64,000 nt of DNA from an uncultured Solirubrobacterales bacterium (GTDB lineage Bacteria; Actinomycetota; Thermoleophilia; Solirubrobacterales; Solirubrobacteraceae). Where the stretch lies: contig CAVRRX010000008.1 in assembly GCA_963723685.1 (NCBI GenBank), positions 469,930 through 533,929 on the forward strand, in the 5' to 3' direction. The notes beneath the pieces are model-generated. The model searched no databases. It saw nothing but the letters and a program-made list of their open reading frames with translations, and was not told the DNA's origin. Positions 25,314-36,231 of the stretch are shown one piece after another. The position numbers and the translations under genes are program-made. Each line of letters starts with the position of its first letter. The first letter of the stretch is position 1.

Positions 25314-26415
25314 GCGGCAAGCGCCTCTCCCAGGATGGTGCCGGGCGAGATCCGCAAGCGCGTGACGCTGCCATCGCCAGAGCCTGGGACATGGGCGAGA
25401 TCGGTAGTCGCGATCACGCTCTGCCCCGCGCTTTGCAGCTCCGCGGAGAGCAGTTCGCGACGGGTGACGTCGAGCTCGCTCATCACGTCGTCCAACAACA
25501 TCAGCGGCACATGCGTGCGCTCGCGTGCAAGCACGAAGCGCTCGGCCAACAACAGCGCGAGCAGAGCCAATCGCTGCTCTCCCTGCGAGCCAAATGAGCG
25601 CAGCTCGCGGCCATCGCGCAAGATCGCCAAGCTCATCGCGATGCGGTCCGTAAGTGGAGAAGCCGCGATTCAGGTCCGTGGGGAGCTGTGCCTGGAGCTC
25701 CGCGACGAACCCCTCAACATCGGAGACCTTCGACCGGGGCCGATACTCCAGACGGGGCTCTCCACTCAGACCGAGTTGCTGCGCCCGTTGCGCGAAGGGC
25801 TCGGCGAGCATCGCCACGAGCGCGGCACGGTCGCCGCTCAGCGCGAGCGCATGGCGGGCAAGCTCCGCGTCCCAGCTCGGCAACGTCGAGCGCGATGCGC
25901 GTCCAGCACGAATCCCGGCGATCAGCGCATTGCGCTGCACCAAGCGCCCGCGAGTAGTCGCGGCGGGTTGCAACGCGGGCGGGCCACAACGCGGCCACGA
26001 GCTGATCCAGATGGGCACGGCGCAACGTCGGCGCACCCTTGAGCAACTCCAAGCGGTCGGGAGAGAAGACGCTGACCAGCGGTCGCTCCTGCACGTCGGC
26101 AAGGCGCTCGACGGTGGCGCCATCTGCGGTCATGTGCTTCGGCGAGCCGGGCTGGAACCCGACCGCCAACTCGTGGTGGCGAGCGCCATCTGAGAGCTCC
26201 ACGACCACACGTGCCGCCTGCGCCCCGAAGCGCACCAGCTCGCGCTCGTTGCGCGTGCGTTGCGAGTAGCCGGTACAGCCGAAATAAAGACCCTCCAGCA
26301 GGTTGGACTTGCCGGCGCCGTTGGGGCCGTGAACGACGGTCAGGCCGGCGCCAAGCTGCGCCTGGGCACGTGCATAGGTTCGGAAGTCGCGCAGATGCAC
26401 CCCGAGAACCAGCAC
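25310..26415 (-). CDS. recF: DNA replication/repair protein RecF, frameshifted
   Basis: GPNGAGKSNLLE, GPHRDEL, GSQGEQR and LLDDVMSELD motifs across frames. Confidence 0.93.
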
Positions 26416-26558
26416 TTCACATCATCTCATCCACTCACGCGAGGCTATGACCAAGCAGATCAAGGACGCACGGCCGCGGTGTACCGATTGCGATCCCGTC
26501 GATCGCAAATCGGCCAGCACATAAGGGAGGGAGGACACAGAGATGCGCGGGTCATGGC

Positions 26559-27669
26559 TCATGTGTTCAGCCGGATCGGCATGATGAGGTACACAAACTC
26601 GCCGCCGTCCGGGGACTCGATCAAGCCAGGGCGCAGCGGGCTGATCAGCTTGAGCACGAGCTCATCCGACTCCACGCTCTCCAGGCCATCGCGCAGAAAC
26701 TCGGGATTGAAGCCGATCTCAAACGGCTCGCCCGAGAAGGGGATCGGCAGCATCTCGCTTGCCTCGCCGACATCGGGGGTCTGGGCGGAGACGGTCAGCT
26801 CGCCCTCGCTGAAGCTGAGCCGCAAGCGGAGCGTTCTTCTGCGCCAGCAGGCTGATGCGCCGCACGACGTCGGCGATCTCGGCGCTCGCGAGACGCAGTT
26901 CGTGGTCGACCGACTCGGGCAGGAGCTGGCGATAGTTGGGGAACTGCCCGTCGATCAGCCTGGAGGAGAGCACAACGTCGCCAATCTCGAAGACAACCTG
27001 GTTCTGGCCGAGGCTGATCGTCAGCTCGGACTCCTCCATCGACTGCGCGATGCGCGCCAGCTCCTGCAGCGCACGGGCCGGCACGTTCGCCTCGATCGTA
27101 CTCTGCAAAGGCGACTCGAGCGTAGCGTGCTTGACGCTGAGACGATAGGAGTCGGTGGCGACCATCGTCAGCTCCTGCCCACCGGCCGAGATGAGTACAC
27201 CAGTGAGCACGGGCCGCGTCTCGTCTTTGGAGGCCGAGCGAGAAACCTGCGTGGCGGTATCCACGAACGCCTGGGCCGGGAGCGTCATACGGCTGGCCGG
27301 GTCGGAGCTGGGGAGCGTGGGGAAGTCCTCCGAGCGCAGCGTGCGCAAATGAAACTTGGCCGAGCCGGAGATCAGCTCGACGTCTTGCTCCTGGGCGCGC
27401 AGCTCCAATGTCACGGTCTCTTGCGGAAGCGAGCGTACGACTTCAAGAAGCAGGCGCGCCGGCAGAACAGCTGCTCCGGGGCTGATGATCTCGCCGCCCA
27501 ACGGAACGCGTAGACCAACCTCCATATCGGTTGCGAGCAGCACCGGAGTCTCACCGTCGGCGGAGATCATCACGCCAGAGAGAGCTTGAATCGAAGCGCG
27601 TGATGAAGCAACACGAGTCGTTGCCTGCAACTGCATCAAGAGCTCAGGAGTTGAGAGAGAGAGCTTCAC
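26559..27669 (-). CDS. dnaN: DNA polymerase III beta clamp (frameshift near 26825)
   Basis: ATDME, RPVLTGV, ATDSYRL, SRLIDGQFPNY and YLIMPIRL motifs. Confidence 0.95.
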
Positions 27670-27791
27670 TTATGCACCTAAATAGGTTTATAGGGTTAGT
27701 AGGGGCTGTTGAGATGTGCGGTATGGGCTTGTCAATGGAGATTGGAGCTGTAGATCTGTGGACTGCCTGTGAGTAGAGCGGTCGAAGTGTC
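27670..27791. other. Probable oriC unwinding region between dnaA and dnaN
   Basis: Minus strand: degenerate DnaA-box-like 9-mers (CTACTCACA, CAGTCCACA, TACCGCACA, ATCTCAACA), then GCCCC, then TACTAACCCTATAAACCTATTT. This matches the box/GC/DnaA-trio layout. Confidence 0.7.
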
Positions 27792-29189
27792 TCAAGTCCT
27801 CCGGTCAACAGGTTGAGAGCTCAACCTTGTGCGCAACTCTTCCACAGTGGCACGAGAGGACACGTTTGCGGAGATCCGCTCCGAGGTTCGCTTGCACGCG
27901 TGCAGGACAGTCGTGTGATCGCGTCCACCGAACTCTCGTCCGATGCTGGGCAAAGACTCCTGTGTGAGCTCACGGGCTAGATACATGGCCACCTGTCTCG
28001 GCCAGGCAAGTCGCGCCGTACGGCCAGCGGAGACAAGCTCCTCAGCGGAGATGCCGAACTGCTCGCAAGCCGCGGCCTTGATCTCGGCGATCGAGCGTCG
28101 CGGCAGGTCCATCTTGGGGTAGAGGCCATCGAGTACCTCGGTGGCAAGCTCTGCGCTGAGCGCCCGCCCCGTCAACGAGCTGAAGGCGACTACACGGATG
28201 AGAGCTCCCTCGAGCGCACGCACGTTGACGGTTATGCGCTTGGCGATCGCCTCAAGTGCAAGCGTATCGGCTGACTGGAGGCCATCGTGCTGCGCGCGCT
28301 TGCGCAGGATGGCCATGCGAGTCGAGATGTCCGGGGGACGAATGTCCGCCACGAGCCCGGACTGGAAGCGCTCACGCAGCCTGTCTTCGAGGGCCCGCAA
28401 GTCGCTTGGAGGCCTGTCGGAGGTAAGCACTATCTGGCTGCCGGCGTCGTAGAGGGCGTTGAAGGTGTGGAAGAACTCTTCCTCGGTGCGGGTCTTGCGC
28501 TCGAGGAACTGGACGTCGTCGATCAGCAGCACGTCAACATGGCGAAAGCCGGCCTTGAAGTTGTCGAGTTGACTGCAGCCGAGCGCTCTGAGGAAGTCGT
28601 TGGTAAAGGACTCTCCGGTGCTGCAGCGCACGTTGAGCCCCGGGCTATAGGTGGCGATGAACGTGGCGATCGATTGCAGCAGGTGGGTCTTGCCGACGCC
28701 AGGGGGACCACAAATGAACAGTGGGTTGTAGGCCTGGCTCGGTAGCTCGCCAACCGTCAGTGCCGCGGCGTGTGCCAGCCGATTGCAGTCGCCGATAACG
28801 AACTGGTCGAAGGTCAGCTTGGGGTTGCCCCAGGAGGCCTGGGTGAGCTCCGGCGGTGGCACCGCAGAGGCAAGCCGGTTGGAATGGGCTGCCCGGTTTG
28901 TGGGCGATTTCCCCTTGCGCTCGCCCTTTGCGAGAGCTGGAGGCGACGCCTCCACGATGTCCAACGTCACGCTGGGGCCGAGAACGGCGGCAGCGGTGGT
29001 CTGCAGCACCCGCCCAAAGCGCTCCCTGACCCAGGCGTAGGTCTGCGGCGGCGCCTCGATGGTCAGGTGCTCGCCGCTGAGCTCGACGGCACGCAGCGGC
29101 TCCAACCAGATGCGGTATATGGGCTCGTCGATGGTGGCTGAGAGCTCAGCTGTTACCTGCGACCAGATGTGCTCGAGCTCGGTGTTCAC
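27792..29189 (-). CDS. dnaA: Chromosomal replication initiator DnaA
   Basis: TFDQFVIG, YNPLFICGPPGVGKTHL, LLIDDVQF and GGRDHTTVLHA motifs. Start placed at GTG (VNTELEHIW). Confidence 0.96.
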   Translation of the reverse strand: MNTELEHIWSQVTAELSATIDEPIYRIWLEPLRAVELSGEHLTIEAPPQTYAWVRERFGRVLQTTAAAVLGPSVTLDIVEASPPALAKGERKGKSPTNRAAHSNRLASAVPPPELTQASWGNPKLTFDQFVIGDCNRLAHAAALTVGELPSQAYNPLFICGPPGVGKTHLLQSIATFIATYSPGLNVRCSTGESFTNDFLRALGCSQLDNFKAGFRHVDVLLIDDVQFLERKTRTEEEFFHTFNALYDAGSQIVLTSDRPPSDLRALEDRLRERFQSGLVADIRPPDISTRMAILRKRAQHDGLQSADTLALEAIAKRITVNVRALEGALIRVVAFSSLTGRALSAELATEVLDGLYPKMDLPRRSIAEIKAAACEQFGISAEELVSAGRTARLAWPRQVAMYLARELTQESLPSIGREFGGRDHTTVLHACKRTSERISANVSSRATVEELRTRLSSQPVDRRT

Positions 29190-29482
29190 GGCAGACTGAA
29201 CCTGCTCCTTTGGGAGGAGAAAGCGGGCGGAAATCATTCGGATGGGGCCCGCGAGGAGCCCGGTAGACCGAATATATCCGAGGCCGGGCTCGCGCGCTCG
29301 CGCAGCGTCGACGGTCACCGCAAATGGCGAGAAATTCCGTGATTGGCCCGGTAGAAACACCCTAGGCCGGCTGCGGGCCGGCTGACCTTTATACTTCAGC
29401 GTCCGGCGGAAGCCGGTCTGTCGTGACCGCCGCCACGCTCGGGTCGCGCCAGATATACGAGCGCGGGCGGAGAAGATCGATC

Positions 29483-29618
29483 ATGAAGCGCACTTATCAG
29501 CCAAAGAAACGCAAGCGAGCCCGTGCCCATGGGTTTCGTGCCCGGATGCGAACGCGCGCAGGCAGGCTCACGCTCAAGCGGCGGCGCAGACAAGGGGCGC
29601 AAGCGCCTGTCCACGTAG
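29483..29618 (+). CDS. rpmH: 50S ribosomal protein L34 (1-bp insertion near 29588)
   Basis: [24 protein letters not shown]...KGRKRLST*. Confidence 0.93.
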
Positions 29619-29631
29619 TGGTTTCGCAGCG

Positions 29632-30015
29632 ATGACGGCCCGCTCTCAAGGTCGCGGCAAACGTTTGTCGCGTAGCGCCGAGTTCGAGCGTGTCTACCGC
29701 CAGGGCCGCTCGGTGGCAAACCGCCATCTGGTGCTCTATTCGTTCCCAAACGAGTCGATTGACCGCCCGCGGCTGGGACTATCGGTCTCGCGCAAGGTCG
29801 GGGGCGCTGTGGAGCGCAACCACGTAAAGCGCTTGTTGCGTGAGGCTTTCGCAGGGGTCGAGGATCAGCTCGAGGGGGCCAATGACATTGTCGTGGTGGC
29901 AAGGCCAGAGGTCCGCGAGCTGGCCGAGCGCGAGGGGCTGGAGGGGATCGACGGCGCGCTCGAGGAGCTAATCGGGAGAGCGGGTTTGCGAAGGCCCGTA
30001 GCCCATGAGGATTGA
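29632..30015 (+). CDS. rnpA: Ribonuclease P protein component
   Basis: [25 protein letters not shown] motif and synteny. Confidence 0.93.
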   Translation: MTARSQGRGKRLSRSAEFERVYRQGRSVANRHLVLYSFPNESIDRPRLGLSVSRKVGGAVERNHVKRLLREAFAGVEDQLEGANDIVVVARPEVRELAEREGLEGIDGALEELIGRAGLRRPVAHED

Positions 30016-30267
30016 GCGCGCGGCGCAATCGGTTCTACTGGCCCCTGTAGTCGCCTACCAGCGGTTGATCTCACCGGCGTTGCCGCGACGTTGCAAGTAC
30101 GAGCCGACCTGCTCGCACTATGCGGTACAGGCGGTTCGGGAGTACGGCATACTGAGGGGCCTCGTGCTCGCGACGTGGCGTTGCTCAGGTGCAACCCGTG
30201 GAGCCATGGCGGCTACGACCCCGTCTCGGCTCAGCGGTTGTTCAAGTTCGATCGCGCCGCCAAGTAG
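30005..30267 (+). CDS. yidD: Membrane protein insertion efficiency factor YidD (frameshift near 30183)
   Basis: YQRLISP...CKYEPTCSHYA, then RCNPWSHGGYDPV in the next frame. Confidence 0.9.
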
Positions 30268-30285
30268 CGCTGGGACCCTAGCCCT

Positions 30286-31242
30286 ATGTTCATCCTCGCC
30301 AACGTCATCCAGGAAGCGTTCTCGCCGCTGATCAGCGTCTTCCAATCGATCCTGGTCTTCATCCACACCAACATCACCACCACGAGTTGGGGCTTGGCGA
30401 TCGTGGGGCTGACGGTGCTGATACGCGCGGTCCTGGTGCCGCTGACGCTCAAGCAGTTCCGCTCGATGCAGGAACTGCAGCGCTTGGCTCCGGAGTTGAA
30501 GGCTCTGCAGGAGAAGTACAAAGACGACAAGCAGCGCCAGCAGCAGGAGATCATGGGCTTCTACAAGGAGCACAAAGTCAATCCGTTTGCCTCCTGCCTG
30601 CCACTGCTACTGCAGCTTCCAGTCTTCATCTCGCTGTTCTACATGCTGCGAACGGACCTCAAGAAGAACATCTGCGGACAGGCCCTGGTCAATCACTACA
30701 ACTCCCTGCACCACACGGCGATCTTGACGTTCTCCGGATTGCCGACCAAATACGTCGAACAGACCGGTTGCCAGACCGTTGCCCCCGGTTCGGCAAAATT
30801 CCTGTTCATACCGGACATCACCTCCAAGGCGACCGGTGTGGCCCTGGTGGTGCTGCTGGTGCTCTACGTCGGTTCCCAGCTCGTCTCGACGATGACGATG
30901 TCGGCGACGGCGGATCCCACGCAGCGGCGCCTGATGATGGCCTTGCCGCTGTTCTTCGTGATCATCCTCTACAAGTATCCCGCCGGCCTGCTGGTGTACT
31001 GGATAACGACCAACCTGTGGACGGTCGGCCAGGGCTACTTCGTCCGCCGCAGCTTTGGTCCGCCGCCGGTCTCGGTTGCCAAGGGAGTCGGCCCGCCGGC
31101 CACCAGTAAGGCCGTGTCGAACGGCAAGCCGGAGGACCTACGTGGGCTAAAGGGCGAGCCCGCGTTGGCCGGTGCCGGTGCCGGCAGTGCGCCACCGCCG
31201 CCTCCACGCAAGAAGAAGAAGCGCTCGGGCAGGCGACGATGA
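30286..31242 (+). CDS. yidC: YidC/Oxa1 membrane protein insertase
   Basis: WGLAIVGLTVLIR, CLPLLLQLPVF and GLLVYWITTNLW motifs. Confidence 0.95.
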   Translation: MFILANVIQEAFSPLISVFQSILVFIHTNITTTSWGLAIVGLTVLIRAVLVPLTLKQFRSMQELQRLAPELKALQEKYKDDKQRQQQEIMGFYKEHKVNPFASCLPLLLQLPVFISLFYMLRTDLKKNICGQALVNHYNSLHHTAILTFSGLPTKYVEQTGCQTVAPGSAKFLFIPDITSKATGVALVVLLVLYVGSQLVSTMTMSATADPTQRRLMMALPLFFVIILYKYPAGLLVYWITTNLWTVGQGYFVRRSFGPPPVSVAKGVGPPATSKAVSNGKPEDLRGLKGEPALAGAGAGSAPPPPPRKKKKRSGRRR

Positions 31243-31727
31243 GCGAGGCAGAGGAACTTCAGGAGGAGGAGCAGGAGGACCCCGCCGCCGTTCTCGGAGA
31301 GTTGCTCGAGGAGATCGTGGACAGCCTTGGTCTCGACGCGGATGTGCGGGTCGAGCAGGCGGATGGGGTTTTGACGGGTAGCGTCGAGGGAGACGACTTG
31401 GGCCTGTTCATCGGGCGACGCGGTCAGACGATCGACGCGGTTCAGCACTTGGCCCAGCGGATCGTGTTCCGTGGAGGTTCGCCGGAGGCACGGGTAGTGA
31501 TCGACGCCGATGGTTATCGCGAGCGCCGCGCCGAGACGCTGTGCTCGATCGCCGCTGATGCGGCGGAGGAGTCGCTGCGCAGCGGAGAAGCGGTCGAGCT
31601 GGACCCGATGCCGGCTTCTGAGCGGCGGATCGTGCATGAGTACCTACGTGAGCGCGGTGGTGTGCGGACGCACAGCGAGGGCGATGAGCCCGAGCGGTAT
31701 TTGGTTGTGGAGCCGGGCGAGGCCTGA
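31239..31727 (+). CDS. jag: Jag/KhpB RNA-binding protein (KH + R3H)
   Basis: IGRRGQTIDAVQ, ERRIVHEYL and THSEGDEP motifs. Confidence 0.9.
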   Translation: MSEAEELQEEEQEDPAAVLGELLEEIVDSLGLDADVRVEQADGVLTGSVEGDDLGLFIGRRGQTIDAVQHLAQRIVFRGGSPEARVVIDADGYRERRAETLCSIAADAAEESLRSGEAVELDPMPASERRIVHEYLRERGGVRTHSEGDEPERYLVVEPGEA

Positions 31728-31791
31728 CGCATCGAAGGGCTGTGGGTGGTAGCGGCACGCATCGGGCGCAGATGTAAGCCTGGGCTCCGAT

Positions 31792-31807
31792 GGTTTCACG
31801 TGAAACA
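31792..31807. promoter_or_regulatory. parS site 1
   Basis: GGTTTCACGTGAAACA matches consensus TGTTTCACGTGAAACA at 15/16. Confidence 0.93.
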
Positions 31808-31829
31808 CTCGTGCTGGCCGAGGGTCGAT

Positions 31830-31845
31830 GATTTCACGTGAAACA
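31830..31845. promoter_or_regulatory. parS site 2
   Basis: GATTTCACGTGAAACA matches the consensus at 14/16. Confidence 0.88.
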
Positions 31846-31894
31846 CTTCCGGTTCGTCGTCCTGTGAGGTTGCAATGAGCTCGCTTGTAGTTGG

Positions 31895-32620
31895 ATGAGC
31901 CTGTCTGTGGCTGGCGAGGGCGACACGGAGGCATTGTTGTCGGGCCTTGCCGCTCGTCATGGTCTGTCGACGGGGCAAGTCGACCAACTCGGGACGATCC
32001 TGAGGGCGTTGGCCTCCAACGAGTTTGCCCCAACGACTGTGCGCGATCCCGTGCACGCGCTCGACGTGCATCTTGCGGACTCGCTCGTGGCGCTTGAGCT
32101 GGAGGTGGTGCGCGAGGCTGGCCGGATCGTCGACATCGGCGCCGGCGCCGGCTTTCCAGGGCTTCCGCTGGCGGTGGCCTTGCCCGGCGCCGAGCTACGG
32201 CTAGTTGAGAGCCAAGCGCGCAAGTGCGACTTCATCGAAGATGTGGTGGCTAGCAGCGAGATAACTAACGCCGAGGTGGTCTGCGTTCGAGTTGAGCAGT
32301 GGCCGAAGGGCGTAGGCAGCAATGATTTGGTGGTTGCCCGGGCGGTGGCGGCACAGCCCGTCGTGCTTGAGTACGCGGCGCCTTTGCTGCGATTGGGCGG
32401 GACTTTGGTCGACTGGCGCGGCCGGCGAGATCCCGAGGAGGAGCGCTTAGCCGCTGCCGCTGCCGAACTGCTTGGCTTGCGGTTGGAGTCGATTCAGCGT
32501 GTAGAGCCCTACGAGGGCGTCCGCGATCACCACCTGCACGTCTATCTGAAGGCGCAGGAGACTCCGGAGCGATTCCCGCGCAGGGCCGGCATGGCCCGCA
32601 AGAAGCCATTGGCGGCTTGA
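31895..32620 (+). CDS. rsmG: 16S rRNA m7G527 methyltransferase RsmG (GidB)
   Basis: HLADSL, DIGAGAGFPGLPLA and TPERFPRRAG motifs. Confidence 0.93.
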   Translation: MSLSVAGEGDTEALLSGLAARHGLSTGQVDQLGTILRALASNEFAPTTVRDPVHALDVHLADSLVALELEVVREAGRIVDIGAGAGFPGLPLAVALPGAELRLVESQARKCDFIEDVVASSEITNAEVVCVRVEQWPKGVGSNDLVVARAVAAQPVVLEYAAPLLRLGGTLVDWRGRRDPEEERLAAAAAELLGLRLESIQRVEPYEGVRDHHLHVYLKAQETPERFPRRAGMARKKPLAA

Positions 32621-32685
32621 GATCCAGAGCTGTGCAGATGGCAGCAGAGCACGCGATCTTGATCGACGCTAGCGTGCGGGCCACT

Positions 32686-33444
32686 ATGGGCAAGGTTTAC
32701 GCGATCGCCAACCAGAAGGGGGGCGTAGGCAAGACGACCACGGCGGTCAACGTGGCTGCCTGCATCGCCGAGGCCGGCTACGAGACGCTGGTGATCGACG
32801 TGGACCCACAGGCGAACGCGACCGTGGGGCTCGGTCTGGCGCGCTCACAGGTGCCCGGGCTGTACGAGGTTCTGGCCGGCGAGAGCGGTGCCGCGCAGGC
32901 GATCGTCGATAGCTCGGTAGAGAAACTGAAGCTGCTCCCGGCGGGCCCAGGACTTGCCGGCGCGAACATCGAGTTGCCGCGAATGGACGGGTTCGAGCAA
33001 CGCTTGCGCGAGGTTATAGCCCCGATTCGCGAGAGCTATGAGTACATCGTGCTGGACTGCCCTCCGTCGCTCGGTCCGCTCACCGTGAGCGCGCTGGTGG
33101 CGGCCGACCGCGTGATCGTGCCCGTCCAGACGGAGTATTTCGCGCTGGAGGGGCTTGCCGGGCTGCTGGAGACGTTGGCGTTGGTGCAGCGTGAGCTCAA
33201 CCCGAGGCTGACGGTCGCCGGCATGCTTTTGACGATGCATGACAACCGCACGCGGCTGGGACGGGACGTCGAGCGCGAGGTACGCGAGCACTTCGCAGAC
33301 CTTGTGTTCGAGACGGTGATCCCGCGCAACGTACGCGTCGGCGAGGCTCCGAGCTACGGTTTGCCCGTCACGCACCACGACCCCCACAGCGCGGGCGCCG
33401 CCGCCTATTTCGAGCTGGCAAAGGAGGTGGCCGCCCGTGGCTAA
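32686..33444 (+). CDS. parA: Chromosome partitioning ATPase ParA/Soj
   Basis: ANQKGGVGKTTT, DVDPQANAT and DCPPSLG motifs. Confidence 0.96.
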   Translation: MGKVYAIANQKGGVGKTTTAVNVAACIAEAGYETLVIDVDPQANATVGLGLARSQVPGLYEVLAGESGAAQAIVDSSVEKLKLLPAGPGLAGANIELPRMDGFEQRLREVIAPIRESYEYIVLDCPPSLGPLTVSALVAADRVIVPVQTEYFALEGLAGLLETLALVQRELNPRLTVAGMLLTMHDNRTRLGRDVEREVREHFADLVFETVIPRNVRVGEAPSYGLPVTHHDPHSAGAAAYFELAKEVAARG

Positions 33445-34342
33445 GCCAAGGCGTGGCATGGGACGCGGTCTGGATGCGATTCTGAGTGTCTCCGGCGAGG
33501 TACAGACAGCGGAGGAGTTGCGCGAGCTGCCGATCGAGCTGATCGTTGCCAATCCCAACCAGCCACGTAGGCACTTCGACGAGGAGGCACTGAACGCGCT
33601 TGCCGGATCGTTGGGTGAGCGCGGCGTGCTGCAACCCGTGCTTGTGCGACCCAAGCCGGGAGGCACATACGAGCTTGTCGCTGGCGAGCGGCGCTGGCGA
33701 GCTGCCCAGATCGCCGGATTGACCGAGATCCCGGCGCTTGTACGCCCGCGCGATGACGCCGCGACGTTGGAACTGGCCTTGATCGAGAACATGGCGCGCG
33801 AGGACCTCAATCCGATCGAGGAGGCGCGTGCATGCGCGGCGCTGGTGGAGGAGCTTGGCTTGACGCGCGAGGAGGTCGGCCTCCGTGTTGGGCGCAGCCG
33901 TGTGGCGGTGTCGAACCTGCTGCGCTTGCTGGACTTGCCGGACGAGACGATCGAGTTGCTCGAGCGGGAGAAGCTCAGCGAGGGTCACGGCCGGGCGCTG
34001 CTACTAGCCGAGGATCACACGACGCGCCGCCGCCTTGCCCGCGATGCGGCCCGCGAGGGGTGGTCGGTGCGCACTGTCGAAGCGCGCGCGCGAGAGGCTA
34101 ATCAGGCGGGTGGCGCCGCTGCAAGCAAGCGTGGCGCGCGCACCAACAAGCACAGTATTCATCCCGATCAACAGGAGGCCGCGGCCGCGATCGCCGCGAC
34201 GCTCGAAGAGGCGCTGGGCGCCGAGGTCAAGGTACGCCCGGAGAAGGATGGCTATCGGGCCGAGCTTTCGTTTGCGGGCCCGGAGGAGGCGCTGGAGTTG
34301 GTCGAGGGGCTGGAGAAGGGCCGCGCAGGCTCAAAGTCGTGA
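33437..34342 (+). CDS. parB: Chromosome partitioning protein ParB
   Basis: GMGRGLDAIL, NPNQPRRHF, VAGERRWRA and ENMAREDLNPIEEA motifs. Confidence 0.96.
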   Translation: MAKPRRGMGRGLDAILSVSGEVQTAEELRELPIELIVANPNQPRRHFDEEALNALAGSLGERGVLQPVLVRPKPGGTYELVAGERRWRAAQIAGLTEIPALVRPRDDAATLELALIENMAREDLNPIEEARACAALVEELGLTREEVGLRVGRSRVAVSNLLRLLDLPDETIELLEREKLSEGHGRALLLAEDHTTRRRLARDAAREGWSVRTVEARAREANQAGGAAASKRGARTNKHSIHPDQQEAAAAIAATLEEALGAEVKVRPEKDGYRAELSFAGPEEALELVEGLEKGRAGSKS

Positions 34343-34430
34343 CGCGAGTGGGACGCCGCGGAGGCATGTAGGCCGGTACCGCCTTCACGCCCCGCGCTCG
34401 GTGTGGACGGACGCTAGAATCGGCGCTCGC

Positions 34431-34504
<74 letters not shown>

Positions 34505-34864
34505 TTGGTGGATTTGGCTCTGGTTGGTGGATTCGTACCGGGCATTGGATAGCCCGCCTGGCCCCCGTCGAGCACCAATTCAGTTCTGTCTGCCAATTTC
34601 TGCCGTTTGCCGATGTCTAAGAGCTTTAGAAGGCTTCGGGTCTCTGCATCTATGACTTCCTCAATAAGCCGTCCGGTGATGCTGCGAGTCTATGCGGGTT
34701 CCTGTTGGCGACTAGAGCGTAGGGGCCGTCGGGTGGGGATCCGGCGGCCCCATTTAGTTTTGCTGTCCGGCCTGAGTGGGATGCTCGGCTTGCTCTAGTT
34801 CCGAAGGTCGGCGACATTCCCCTTTCATGCGCTGGCCTCAACTCCTAGCGAGGAGGCACCAACA

Positions 34865-35677
34865 GTGACGATCGTTGTAGGCGCAGCATCTCCAGACGGC
34901 ATTGTGCTCGCGGCCGACAGTCGTACGACCCTAGTTGACGGGCATAGGCACAGAATCAGTACGGACGCGGCCGACAAGATTTTTGCGCTGAACTCGAAGT
35001 TCGGCGTCGCGACATATGGCATGGCCTTTATCGGTGCCAGAACGATCAACGGGCTCATGGACGAGTTCATCGCGACCACCGGTGCTGAAGACGTGTGTAC
35101 GAATGGAGAGCAATTTGCGCACGCGCTCGGCGGATTTTTTCACGAGCGTTTCGTCGAGGAGCTTGGCGCAACTGACGCATCGGCTGGCTGGCCGTTGGGT
35201 TTTGTGGTCACCGGCTACGGCGAGACTGGTATCGGGCATGTGTGGGATGTAGGTATCCCCGGTCCGACGGTCATCCAGGCCCAAGCCAACACCACAAATC
35301 AGGGCGTTTTTTGGCGAGGTCAGGTGGACGTGATCGTGCGGCTCGTCACCGGAGTTGACTGGAACGCGCTCCAAGCCGCAAATCTCCCCGTTCCAGAGCC
35401 GGTGGCAGAATCGTTGAGGCGACTGGAATATGTCCTTCTGACCCCCGTCACGCTGCAGGATGCAGTCGATATGGCGTCTTTCCTTGTGAGAACCACAATC
35501 GACATGCAGCGCTTTAGCGATGGCACCGCACTCAGTCCTGGTCTTATTCCGGGATGTGGAGGACGCACACAGATGCTCGCCGTCAAGCAGTCTGGCGTTG
35601 AGTGGGTGAGCCGCCGTCGACTCACTGGGCCTAGCAAGCCGGGCTGGGCTGAGGGTGGGTCAGAGTTCGACGTCTAG
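34865..35677 (+). CDS. Proteasome-beta-like Ntn hydrolase, uncharacterised
   Basis: N-terminus M-T-IVVGAASPDGIVLAADSR with DKI at about residue 37 (Thr1/Asp17/Lys pattern). SD GAGGAGG upstream. Confidence 0.7.
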   Translation: MTIVVGAASPDGIVLAADSRTTLVDGHRHRISTDAADKIFALNSKFGVATYGMAFIGARTINGLMDEFIATTGAEDVCTNGEQFAHALGGFFHERFVEELGATDASAGWPLGFVVTGYGETGIGHVWDVGIPGPTVIQAQANTTNQGVFWRGQVDVIVRLVTGVDWNALQAANLPVPEPVAESLRRLEYVLLTPVTLQDAVDMASFLVRTTIDMQRFSDGTALSPGLIPGCGGRTQMLAVKQSGVEWVSRRRLTGPSKPGWAEGGSEFDV

Positions 35678-36231
35678 CCCGCGCCTGGTAGTCAATCCGC
35701 GGCCAGGTTTCCCTCGCGGAGCTGCTTGGACCGCTCGGACGTGTAGGTGTTCTGCTGTGTGTCCTTCGTAGTTGTGACGGGAACTGCTGGTGGCTTCGAC
35801 CCACCGTGCGAAGATATCGGCGGGCTCCCGCTGGCTGCGGCTGCTTGAGTCTTGGTCATTACGCTCACTCCTGTGGTTGGTCGCTCCATCCAGGGTTATC
35901 GACAGGCGAGACGCGTTGTGTAGCACGTTTCGCGTTGCTAGCCAAATACCCTGTTCTGATGGTATACCCAGCTAGTTGGGACCGTACCCGCCTCCTAGCG
36001 CTTACTCACTTAGCGCCGACCTCGCCCAGGCGTTGGGACAAGTCCATGCGTACCGTGATCGCCTAACCAGGCATGCTGAGGCAACGGAGGACCTACTCGG
36101 GCTCCCGTTGTCACGTGATCCGAGACTAATCATCGTCATTGGCAGGGCTGACCGTTTGCCAGAGCACTCCCAGCGAATACTGACCGAACTCAATAAGTCT
36201 CTGCATCGCGTGCAGGTCGTGCCCTATGACG

